Of a stretch of 64,000 bases of DNA, positions 11,605-23,476 are shown piece after piece. A program made the translations under genes and the position numbers. The first letter of the stretch is position 1; each line of letters begins with the position of its first letter. Source of the stretch: Octopus sinensis. Lineage: Eukaryota. Where the stretch lies: NCBI RefSeq assembly GCF_006345805.1, contig NC_043005.1, positions 39,804,001 to 39,868,000 on the forward strand, in the 5' to 3' direction. The notes beneath the pieces were generated by a model. The model was given only the letters and a program-made list of their open reading frames with translations. It did no database searches and was not told the DNA's origin.

Positions 11605-12309
11605 GCCTGAAGTACATTATCTTGCATTTCAGCATTCGTTTAAACAATATCACTCACTCGTTCCGTGTTTCATGACAGCAATATCATAAGCACTATCTAT
11701 GATCAGGCATATACATCGAAGACATAAATTTCTTAGACGTTACCATACCACACAACAATGTTTCCACCTTCCTCAACTTTTTTATAATTTTTCTTTTTTT
11801 GTTTTCTAATAAATATCCGACGAATATTTCGAGGTATTGACAGCACAAATATGTGTTTTAATTTAGTTTCTTTTCAGCAATTTCGATAAGTAGGAAAATC
11901 GATTATATAACTGTAAATTAAACGACGACAATGTGTTGTTTGTTAAACAGTGACAACAACGAAAATGGCTTCCACCAGTACGGTTAGGTTTCGAGATGGC
12001 AATGAAGCTTACGAATAGTTTACGAGAGTTTCCATTTAAAATTGAAATATGACGAAAGTGAGACACTAAATTTAAGTGTATTGATTCGCTTAAACAGAAT
12101 AATTAATCAGTCCACTCCTTGTAAAAGAAATCAATACAAGATTGGACACACAGACTTTAGTGTCTTCTTTATAAGCTATTAAAATGCTTAATTAGTGGAG
12201 AAATTTAAATTACTTTCTCCTCATATACCGCTATACAATGTTTCTTAGAGAAATTTGATACGTGAATATATGTGTGTGAGAATGTGTATGTCTGTGTACA
12301 TGTATATTT

Positions 12310-12339
12310 CTATGTGTGTGTGTACGTATGTATATGCAT

Positions 12340-12393
<54 letters not shown>

Positions 12394-12481
12394 GATAGAT
12401 AGATAGAGAGAGAGAGACAGACAGACAGACGGACGGACGGACGGACTAACAAACTGACAAGCAGATAGACAGACAGGTACT

Positions 12482-12550
<69 letters not shown>

Positions 12551-12580
12551 TGACTGATTGATTGATTGATTGATTGACAG
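12310..12580. repeat. (GATA)n/(GACA)n/(GATT)n microsatellite
   Basis: Directly visible. Confidence 0.95.
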
Positions 12581-12607
12581 ATATGTGTGTGGGCGTGTCT
12601 TTGTGTC

Positions 12608-12910
12608 TGTGTTTATGTTGGCTTGTGACCAAGTGGCTAAGGTATTCGGTTCGTGAGTTCGATACTCGGTGATGCGTTGTTTCCTTGAGCAAGACAATTT
12701 ATTTTACGTTGCTCCACTGAACTCGGCTGGAAAAAAATAAGTTGTACCTCTATTTCAAAGAACTTTCCTTGACACATTCTCTATCCCACTGAATCTCCTT
12801 GAGAACTACGTTTAGAGTACCTGTGTTTCTAGAGTGCTCAGCCACTTTGCACGTTAATTTCATGATCAAGTTGTTCTGCAGATCGTATCTACTCGAATCC
12901 TTGATGTTTC
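12608..12910 (+). mobile_element. Diverged tRNA-derived SINE (family D)
   Basis: gaccaagtggctaagg...gagttcgatactc head and tttccttgagcaagacaa...cgttgctccac core. Related body sequence lies at ~54560-54800. Confidence 0.6.
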
Positions 12911-12952
12911 AACTTGCTCGATTCCAAGTCACAATGTTGTCGTTTCTACTGT

Positions 12953-14599
12953 CCTAACCCTAGCCTTAATTCTAACACTAGGCTATGCCCTAGCCCAATA
13001 CATTAAACCTAAGCCTAACAATAACACTGACACTGACCCTAATACTAACACTAATCATAACACTGATCCTAAACCTAACACTAGCTTTAGTTCTTGCCCT
13101 AGCTCTAACCCTAACCTAAGCATTAAAGCTAATCCTCTACACTAACCTAACCCTAAACCTAAACATGACCATAAACCTAAGACTAACCCTAATCCTAGCC
13201 ATAAACCTAACACTAAACTGAACACTAACACTAACACTAATTCTGAACCTTAACCTGACCCTAACACTCACTCTCACCATAAGCCTAAACTTCAATCTCT
13301 ATAGAACCCTAGCACTAGCCATAACCATAAAAATTACTCTTATGTTAAGCTTAACACTAACCGAAAATCTAACACTAACCCTCATCTTAAAACTAATCTT
13401 AAACCTTAGTCTAAACTTATCCCTAACGTAACCCTAACAGTAACCTTAGCGATACACCTCACCCTAAGCCTAGCACTAACTGTTATCCTAAACCTAAGTT
13501 TGACACAACCCTTAAACCTAACCCTAATTCTAAATTTACCCCTAACCCTAATCTTAAATTTACACCTAACCTTAACCTTAGACTAAACTCTAACCTTAAA
13601 CCTAACACTAACCCTAACCCTTATCCTAACACTAACCCTAAACCTAACCCTAAATCTGACCCTAAGCCTAGACCTAACCCTAACCCTAACCCAAACCGTC
13701 ACTCTGAACCTAACTCTAAATCTAAGCCTAATCTTAAACTTAATATTAATCTAAACATCAACCTGATCCTTACCCTAACCCTAATCACAACCCAAACTCT
13801 AGCCCTAAACCTACACCTGACACTAATGCTAAAGCTGTATCCAGCCCTGACCCTAAACCTGACCGTCATCTTAACCCTAATCCTAAACCTAACACTAAAG
13901 CTAACCCTCACCCTAACCTTAACACTAATCATAACCATAACACTAATCCTAAAACTAACTTTAACTCGAAAACTAACACTTACTGTAAGACTCTAACCAA
14001 CCTTAAACGTAACACTAACCCTAACCTTAAACCCAACCCTAAACCTAACGTTAATCATAACCGTAACCGTAACTATAAACCTTATCCTAACCCTAACTCT
14101 AACCGTAAACCTAACGTTAAACTACACCCTCACAGTAACTCTCACCCTCACCTAAACCCTAAACGTAACCCTGAATTTAACACTAACCTTGACCCTAACC
14201 GTAACCGTAATCTTGACTGTAAACCTAATCCTAACCTAACACTAACCCTTACCTTAACGCTATTCCTAACGCTCACCCTTAAACTAACCCTAGTCCTAAA
14301 GTTCACACAAATCCTAACCCACAAAAAAAGCATTGAGACTAACACTAACCCTAACACTAATTCAACGCCAACCTTAACCCTAACCCTAAACATTAACTTA
14401 ATCCTAACCCTCAGTTTAACTCTAACTTAACCCTAACTCAAAAACGAACTTGAACATTAAGCCTAACCCTAACTTTAACTGTGACCCGAAGACTAAAACT
14501 AACCCTAATCCTCAGCCTAAATCTAACTTTAAAACTATCTATATCTCCAAACCTTACCATGGCGCTAACCCTAATCTTAATCCAAACCTTAACCCTAAC
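12953..14599. repeat. 1.65-kb degenerate telomere-like (CCCTAA/CACTAA/ACCTAA)n array
   Basis: Continuous 6-bp periodicity ending in CTAA, with exact aaccctaaccctaaccc runs (e.g. ~13676-13692). Confidence 0.9.
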
Positions 14600-14779
14600 T
14601 CGGAGCGTGATCTGTACGTAATCTGTACGGTCGACTTATATAGGCTTCCCAGTTACTGGAAGGGTCCCAGTTACTGGAAGCTGAACGCATCCTTTCCGGC
14701 ACGCAAGGCCTATAGAATCCAGATTAGTGAATTAGTCAATCGAGCGTTGACGGGAAAAGTCGTCAACAACAAATGGTTC

Positions 14780-15060
14780 ACATTAGTACGTTTATATATT
14801 TGTTGTGCAAAATTTTTTATGTGAAGTCGTGTGTTGAAACAGATATTGTTATATTTCGGAATGGTCATTTTGCCAGTTTAGCTAATAAAAACACACGCAC
14901 TATATATTTGGTGTTACTTTGCTTCAGTGTTATTTATTTTTTACATTAATCTTAATCTTATTTCGGCCAGAGTTCGTTCGTCACACTCCTGTGACCGCAT
15001 CAGTGGTCCTTTGTTTTCTTCTTTCTTATTTGTGTCTCTCCTTACTAACCGTCAACCATT
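14780..15060 (-). mobile_element. Dispersed repeat with decayed hammerhead-like motif (second copy at 50400-50620)
   Basis: tgtgaagtcgtgtgttgaaacagatattgttatatttcggaatggtc... aligns with tgtgaaatcgagtgctgaaacagattttgctatattttgggatggtc... at ~50417. Confidence 0.6.
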
Positions 15061-15269
15061 TTGTATTTCTATTGCATGTCTTCATTTGCGCATGCTTATA
15101 TCTCTATGTGCGTCTGTTTATTTAGTGTGTGGGGGGGATGCCTGTAATATTTGTATCTTCTGTTTATATACGATCATGTAATTTGTTTTTGTTGTTGTTG
15201 TTTTTGTTTATTCTTATTTTGTTCATGTGTTTACATCCAATTATAATTATAATTACATATGCTTGTATG

Positions 15270-15965
15270 CCCCAAAAAGCGTGATTAGAGTAGAAACAAT
15301 AGGGTTTACTAAAAGAGTCGCGTTCGAGAAAACTAGATTAAAAGGTGAGCTAGTTAGAAAGTTAGAAGAGGTTTTTATGAACGGAAGTGCAACTGACGTG
15401 CTTGCAGCGAGATTGACACTGGACCTATTCTTCAATACAAAGCACGAAGGCGGCGTTGTTAGAGCTAGGGTGCGTACTCTAAGACACGAGGGGGCGAAAA
15501 CTGTTCGATGGGTTCGGGTAGTGTTAGCATGTCGAGGCAACAAAGCTACAATCTGGTCGTGTCTTGTCCTGGTCTACGTCTGCCTTGACTGGAGCGCCTA
15601 CTCTTTCACTTTCTGTAGCCGAGAATGGCTACTCTTTCGCTTTCCTTTGACCGGGAAGGGCAAGCAGTTTTTATCAGCCTGGTGGCCATGGCGAAAGAGT
15701 TCGTTTGGTGGACATGTTTGAAAGGGCTGAAGACCAGCACTTTTCTTTCCAGCGAAACCGATAAACTTTTCTTTTCGGTGAAAATGATAAACTTTTTGAG
15801 GTTTCACTAGAAGAGGAAAATCAGTGTGGAGAGGGAAATACTGCTTTCCAGGCAGTTTGTTGAGAATTGGATGAAATAGGCAAGCATTGCTCGAGTGAAT
15901 GGGCCTCCTCTGATTGTGCGCCTGTAGACTGGAGAGAGAAGACTTCGAGAGGACACCTGCCCAAG
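15270..15965 (+). mobile_element. Tx1/L1-like LINE remnant with large internal deletion
   Basis: ELVRKLEEVF...LDLFFNTKHEGGVVRARVRTLRHEGAK (post-endonuclease linker, G..VR.R...EG motif) is joined almost directly to C-terminal FDREGQAVFISLVAMAKEFVWWT.LKGLKT...NFLRFH*KRKISVERE...ARVNG. The RT is absent. Confidence 0.65.
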
Positions 15966-16329
15966 CGGTCGGGGTGTGTATACACGCGCGCAGCACACAC
16001 ACACACACACACGCGCGCGCAGCACACACACACACACACACGCGCGCGCGCATCCATCCTCATATGCATGTGTGTGTATGTATGAGTCTGTTCGCTTTGT
16101 TGCATACACTTCGTTCAACACATATACAGCGGATATAACTACATACCATACACAACACAACATACAATACATATCTTCCGTACACATCGTATAAATGTGT
16201 GTATGAGAGAGTGGGGGAGAGGGAGAGTTTAATTCAAGTTCATCTTGAGAGAGTTCAACTGATTGCTAGCAAAGCAACAAGACTTTTTGAGTTGAGTTCC
16301 TTGTGTTTGTAAATGTGCTTCACCACATG

Positions 16330-16909
16330 GTGTTGGATGACAGGCGATTGACTATAAATCAAATAGCCAATGCTATTATCGTATCCCATGAGAGAGTTGA
16401 AAATATTCTGCACAGTGAATTTGGCGTGATAAACGCATCTGCTCGGTGAGTGTCACATCTCCTGATATTTGATCAAAAGCGCACCAAGCTGATCACATCA
16501 TGGGAAAATCTGGCATTGTTTGAGGTAGATCCATCTAGTTTCCATTGAACGTTTCCTAAACCAGATTGAGTGTTGGCTTCATCACTTGAGCTAGAGACGA
16601 AGAGACCATCCAAACGCCCGGGAAAACTGACGAAAGGGGTCTTGTTTAATCAGGACAATGCTCCAGCACACAAGTCCTTGTTTTCAATGGCTACTGTGCG
16701 TGATTGTGATAATGACGTCTTGTCTGCTGTTGATGACGTTTTTGACCAACAGACACAGAGCTTCGTCACTAGGGGAAGCCAAGCACTGCAACACCGATAG
16801 AAAAACTGTATGGATCGCAAGGGGGACTATGTTGAAAAATAAACCTCATTTGGTTGCATTCGATGAAAGTATCTTAGTCAGCTTAAGAACTTTTCGACCG
16901 ACCCTCGTA
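16330..16909 (+). mobile_element. Mariner transposase remnant with right TIR end
   Basis: ENILHSEFG...SAR.VSHLL..DQKR; KRPGKLTKGVLFNQDNAPAHKS; ...CMDRKGDYVEK*; ends ...ccgaccctcg-TA. Confidence 0.85.
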
Positions 16910-17043
16910 TGTGCTGCTGCCAAATATCTGGAGAGATGTGCACGTCCTACACCCCAGCAAAATGGTAAGTCACGTAGAGCTTATTCAAGCGGTTATTAAA
17001 TATATATATATATATATATATAGATAGATAGATAGATAGATAT

Positions 17044-17085
<42 letters not shown>

Positions 17086-17086
17086 T

Positions 17087-17138
<52 letters not shown>

Positions 17139-18393
17139 GTCGAGGCATGTAAATGTTTAATTGGAGAGCCTTGGTATTAATATGCACGCTTGCATTCTCT
17201 TTTTCTAGCTTCGGCTGCTAATGCTAGGTGGGTCTCACCTTCATATCTTCAGCTCCGCTCAAATTGTAACAACACTAAGTGAACGGTATCTCGTAGTAAA
17301 CTTACACTCATGGACTTTAACGTCAAAATGTCCATAAGAACATGTCCGACACCAGGCGAGATATAGGACAACGAACATCGGTTTCCTCCATCACCCAACA
17401 TCAGTAATATCGAATCCACACTATAAGAACTGGGGGGATTCAAACACGTAAGGACTCAGCTGCTGCCGAGTTATCTTGGTAATGTACACAACCATAACTA
17501 CGAACATAGAGTAGTATCAACAACGACTTCCACTGTTACTTCTACTATCAAAAATGTTAGACCCAACCACTACTACAACCAAAGTCATTGTTGTCACACT
17601 GCTATCTCAAACTAATATATATTGACTACTGCAATACAACGACAATGACGACGGCTGACAAACGACATGATAAACGATTTGTAAATAGATATTTTTTCTT
17701 TTGGTGTCACGTTTTAATGTTTAATTCACAGTTTGCTGACATCATTCTTTGTTCCGCCAGGAAATATGACTATCCTTACAGAAAATAAGAAAGATGTTAA
17801 TTCGACTCGAAAAAGTGAAAATTATTGTTAATTGAGTCAGACCTATTTCTCTTAAGAAACATCTGGTAGCTTCACATGTACTACATTTCTTTAACAAAAT
17901 GTTTTATCATATAAAATACTGTCTTTTAAACCGTAGAGTTTCCTAACAGCCTATTTACCAATTGCTTTCGTATAAGAAACTTGAGAAAAACTTTCAACCA
18001 TTCCTGATGACTGCCAGGATTGTTTTCTTAACAATCGGTAAATTGGCTGTGAAGGCTATAACATCATATTTTATTAATAATAATATACCCATTCTATTGA
18101 CCAATATATGAGCATGCCTAGTTAGACAAATAGTGCATAAAAGAATGAGGGAGAGAGAGAGAGAGAGAGGGAGAGAGAGTAAGCACACAATCAGATACCT
18201 TCACGCACGCATGTAATCAAATAGTGGCACAGTGACACGGTTATTTGTATAACCAACGAATTCCAAACTTCTGCAATGACGCTTTTCACGGAAGAGAATG
18301 ACTCCAGCCTTGATATATTGATCGGCATTCAGCTACGCAAAACTATTTCAAAATTGCGAATGCTATTGACAAAAACAAATACATATATATATA

Positions 18394-18432
<39 letters not shown>

Positions 18433-18437
18433 GTATG

Positions 18438-18513
<76 letters not shown>

Positions 18514-18599
18514 ATATATATATATTATATATATAATTAAATATTAGGGAATAAATCCAAATTTACAGGGAAAAATCAGATTTAGGATTAAATCGATTT

Positions 18600-20289
18600 T
18601 ATAATATTATTCGAGACAATATGTTAGAGATGCTAAGGTGAGCTAAAGTTCATAGATGTATATAATGATTTTTCATGGTAGTTTTTTAAAGAATCCATTC
18701 ATAATAAATTTTTTTAAGTAGTGTTGGTTTGCCACGTGGATATAGTTTTTAGTTCATTTTCCTATTTCTCCATTCATAATTTAAATGACGTTACTTTTCC
18801 ATGGCGCGTATTCTTTTTTACATAATTATTTCTATGGTAAACGTAATTTTGCTTTGATTTTTTTAACGGCTAAGAATTTAATTTCACTTCATAATTTGAC
18901 ACTGAATTGTAGTATGTATTTTATTTATCCTTATGTCATATTGTTATTTTTGATATTCTGGTTAATTACGATGTATTTAATGTTGTTTTCATAGGTGTGT
19001 TATGTATATGAGATTGTGTGCGAGTTTTTAGTTGTATAATTTATTTATCTGTATGAGTGTGGGTGTGTAAATATTGTTGTATATATCGAGTTTAGTGAGT
19101 ATGTATATGCGTATATGTGAGGGAGTATATGTATCTGTTGTGTGTGTGTGTTTTTTGCGTGTGTGTGTGTTTGTGTTGAATGTGTATATGGGTTGTTATT
19201 TAGGTTTTGGGATGTATGGTTTAATTTGTCTGTGTGGGAGGGAGTGGGTTTTGGTGTATATTGAGGTTTATAAGTTAGTATAGGTATGTGTATAAGTCGT
19301 GGGTCTGTGTTTACGAGTGTGTATTTGTGTGTGAATGTTTAGGTTAGGGAGATTGCTATATAGGTTTGTTATAGAGTTTGCAAAGGAGATTTGTTGTTAT
19401 AATGTTTTTAGGAGTTTTGGTTATCATGGTTTTTTTAGGGAATTCGTGGTAATTTGTCTATAACCGCTATATAGGTTTGTTATAGAGTTAGTAAAGGGAG
19501 ATTTTATCATTATATGTTTTTATGAGTTTTGGTTATCATGGTAGGTTTGATAAGGAATTTGTATAATTTGTGTCTATTTGCGATGTCTGTTGTTTTATTG
19601 CATTGTTTCATTCATATTTTTAAGTAGTGTTCGTTTTACCAAGTGAATAATTTTTTAATTCCATTTATTCCATTTCTCCGTTCATAGTTTTGAGTGATGT
19701 CCGTTTTCTAGAGCGTGAATGTGGTTGTATGTGTGTGTGTGTGGGAGTATGAATAAGTATTGTGTTGAAGTATTTAGCTATTTTATTTATTTATAGTTGC
19801 CTAGACATTTTATGTGTATGTATAGGGATATTATATAGGTGTGTGATTTAGTGTATGTAGTTAGATATGGTTATATAAATTAGGTATATGCGTATGGGTG
19901 TATATATAGTTTATTATTATATTATTATTATTTTTTTTTTTGTTTTGTTTTATATTTTATTTTATATTTTATATTTTATATTTTATATTCAATTGTTGAT
20001 AGGTTTTTAGTTTATATATTGTTTATATATTGTTTATATATGGATTATAGATAGGTTAATATGGATTATATACTTATATTTTTTCATTCATACTTTAATT
20101 ATTTTAAAATTATTATTTTTATATTTTAAAATATTGATTTTTAGATTGGAAGTCCACCTGAAAATTGTCGATCAAGACAAAAACGATTGTAGTGGCGGTT
20201 TTTTTTGACTATTTATTAAAATTTTATGTATTGATTAAGTCTTTCCTTGTTTGTTTTGCAAAATAGTGGTTTTGTCTCGAATAATATTT

Positions 20290-20290
<1 letters not shown>
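18600..20290. mobile_element. Putative highly decayed PLE-related remnant
   Basis: 17-bp inverted match at the ends (aatattattcgagacaa at ~18603 and ttgtctcgaataatatt at ~20272); hammerhead-like fold at 20154-20195; diverged internal direct repeat (~18720-18800 vs ~19620-19710). No recognisable protein. Confidence 0.35.
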
Positions 20291-20320
<30 letters not shown>

Positions 20321-20442
20321 ACTTAGAATAACTTAGAAAGGTTTTTGGCCAGTATTGGCCAGGCCATGTCTAACTTAATAGCACCACCTGGCGAAGTCTT
20401 TCAGTTCAGGATTTGGGCACCAAGGCCCATTCGAGCAGAGAG

Positions 20443-23362
20443 TTATTGTTTGCGGAGACATATCCGGGTGTGTGGTTTGTCCGGTACTGTTTGAAGGAAT
20501 TTGTCCAAAGACTTCTTGAATTTTGTGTGGTCAGTTTCTTTTTTGACGTGTCCTGGTGTAATGTTGAAGAGAGCAGGTCCAAATGAGGTGAAATAGTTGT
20601 GCCGTATTGTCGTTATGTGATGCGATTTAGATTTTTGTTGTGGACGGATGGCACGTGGTCCAAGCCTTGGATGCATTTTGAAGGTGATGCCAACATCATT
20701 CGGACAGTGCTGATGGAATATTTTCCACATCATACAGATAATGTAGCGTTCACGGCGTCGTTGGAGTGAATACAATTTCAGCTTCTCTAGTCTACCCCAG
20801 TAGTCAAGGTCTGACATGCCATCTATCTTTTTTGTGATTGACCTTTGGGGAGCTTCAATTCTCATAATATTGTTTTGTGTAGGGAGACCACAGTGGACAG
20901 CAGTATTCAAGGTGGGGTCGGGCAAAAGTGGAGAAGAGAAGGATAATAGCGTGGGAATCTCTCGACTGGAAGGTTCTGAGAATCCAGGAACACATTCTGC
21001 GGGCCATGTCAACTTTGCTGCTTATATGTGTAGCCCAGCTTATGTTGTTGTCCACTGTTACTCCCAGGTCTCTGATGTTGTTGGATGCCATGAGAATTTC
21101 TCCAGAAGGAAGAGAGTATGGGAGTTTCAGAGCGTCCTCCCTTCCAAAGTGGATCAGTTCGAATTGTCTTCATTTAGCAACATGTTATTCTTTTCCGCCC
21201 ATTGGACAACAGCCAGTAGGTCTGACTGAAGGTTTATTCGGTCATCCACGCCATTGATGACCTTCTGGAGCTTGGAATCATCAGCGAAGGTTCTGATGTT
21301 GCTGTGTTTGATGGTGTCAGTAATATCATTTATGTAGATGATGAAGAAGTGGGCCCAACACAGTGCCTTGTGGGACACCACTGCTGACTTTGGCTGGGCT
21401 GGATTTGACTCCCTCGACTACAACATGTTGGATTCTGTTAGAGAGGAAGCACTTGATCCATTGCAGCAGCTTTCCAGTGACACCAATATTGGACAGCTTT
21501 CTCAGAAGATCTTATGATCAACCCTGTCAAAGGCCTTGCTGAAATCAAGGTAGATGACATCAGTGTTGGAACCCTCTCCCAAGGCTCTCAAAATGTCATC
21601 AAAATGATGCAGTAGCTGCGTCAGGCAATCTCTCCCATTACGGAATCCATGCTGGTTGGGGTTCAGCATATTATGACTCTCAGGAAGTGAGTCATACGCG
21701 ATCTCAGCACCCTCTCAAATACCTTGATGATATGAGAGGTGAGTGAGATTGGACGGTAATTCACGGCAAGCGATTTGTTTCCTTTTTTGAAAACTGGGAC
21801 AACAGACTGGGATAGAGGTCTTCTGGTATATATCCAGCATTCAGTGAGTTCCGCCACAGATTGGCTAGAGGGGGTGCAAGTTGGTTTTGACACATCTTCA
21901 AGACACAAGCAGGGAACCTATCGGGACCTACTGCTGAATTATGCTTCATTTCCTTTATTGCTGCTAAGACATCAGGAGCGCCAAATGTTATGTCCGATAA
22001 AGTGTATTGGGGAGTAACATCACTGATACAGCCCAGATCAGTCATATCAGGATTGCTGAAAACAGAGCAATATTGTTTCTGCAATATTTCTCCCATGGTT
22101 TTGGCATTGTCTTGAAGAGTACCATTTTCATCAATCAGAGGGCCAACAGTAGAACCAGTGACTCTGTGTTTTTTTGCAAATGAAAAGAACACTTTGGGAT
22201 TGAGTTTGATCTTCTCAATGGCCCAGACCTCTTCAGCTCTTCGCTGACTATTGATGATAGACATCATGTTGTTTTGGAGTTTATGTTTTTTAATCTCTAG
22301 CGACGAGATGGCAGTCAGGTTGGTGTGTTGCTGTTGACAGTATTTCAGCATGTTGATTCTTTTAATTTTCCTTATGAGAGATTTTCTATTTCTAGGGATT
22401 CGACACTTAGATTTGTTTGCAGATCTTAATGGAGTGTGTCTTGCACATATGTTCGTGATGGTGTCTACAAGTGACTGCCAGGACTTTTTGATGTATGTGT
22501 GCGTGAAGGACCAATCGACTTGTGCAAGATCATTATTGATCGCTTCCCAGTTTGCATTGTGGAAATCCATAGTGTCAAATGGATGAACAGGAGGAATGAC
22601 ATTTGTTTTGCATTTTGGCCAGTGAAATCTCAGATCACAGAGAACCATGTCATGGTCGGAGAGTAGGGTTTTCTCCACTGCAATATTGTGGATAGTATCA
22701 GTGTGATTGCTGAAAATTAAGTCTAAGACGTTTTTGTGACATCTCGTTGGTTCGAGTACCAGTTGGGACAAGAAGAAGTCATCCATGAAGTCAAGAAACG
22801 ATTCCACTGCCTCCCTGTCAGGGGTTGAGAGAGAAGAACCTGGCGGCAGACTGTTTGAAATCTCCCATCATTAAAATGTTGTCAGGTTGACACTGCTGAA
22901 TGAAACACTTTATGCTGTTGAGGCATTCCTTGAAGCATGGTAGGGGCGTTTGGGGTGGTCTGTAGAGCCCAACTACTGTTAAGTTGTTGGTTTGACTGAA
23001 TACAGCGACTGCTTCGCAGTATCCATTCGAAAATATGTTCATGGCTTCTGTTGAGAATGAATCATGGACATAAATGGCAGTCCCACCCTTTCTTCTGCCA
23101 ACACGATCAGCACGAATGGTTTTGAAATTTTTAACTTTCACCTCGGCTTCAAGTGGAGGTCACTAAGATGGGTTTCAGTGAGGACGAAGAAAGGGATGTG
23201 ATTTGGATGGGCCTCGACCCAGTCCTCCAGGAATCTTATCTTCCATTTTTGTGTATTGGTGGAAGGGCTGATGCCTTGGGCATTAAGCAGAAATGTTGAG
23301 GCGAGAGTGGATGGTTTTAATTGTTTTGGTGATTTGTTTATTTGATTGCTTTTTAATGGCAT
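20443..23362 (-). pseudogene. CR1 ORF2 (apurinic endonuclease plus reverse transcriptase), multiply frameshifted
   Basis: APE: LTETHL, R.DRVGRRKGGTAIY, VVGLYRPP, ILMMGDF, QLVLEPTR..NVLDLIF, LSDHDMV. RT: SAVGPD.FP..VLK, PVFKKG.K....NYRPISLTS, YLDFSKAFD, GP.FFIIYIND, FADDSKL. C-terminus: RDLGV.VD, RPHLEYCCPLWSP, LDYWGRLEKLKLYSLQRRRERY. Confidence 0.95.
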
Positions 23363-23476
23363 GTGTAGTGGGGTAATAGTGGTGGATGGCGGTGGGTGAT
23401 AGCTCGGATGTTTTTTTCCAGTTCTTTTGCTAGATTCATTATAGCTAAAAAAGAGGAAGAAGAGGTGGTTTCCTGT

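Noticed and set aside
11690-11770. INFLDVTI peptide resembling a PLE RT motif
   Set aside because: An isolated 8-aa match with no supporting flanking motifs.
13699-14824. RV/RL- and NP-rich ORFs
   Set aside because: They are translations of the telomere-like hexamer array.
17209-17447. Apparent exon with good acceptor (ttttctag) and donor (ac|gtaagg)
   Set aside because: All three frames contain stops, and there is no homology or expression evidence.
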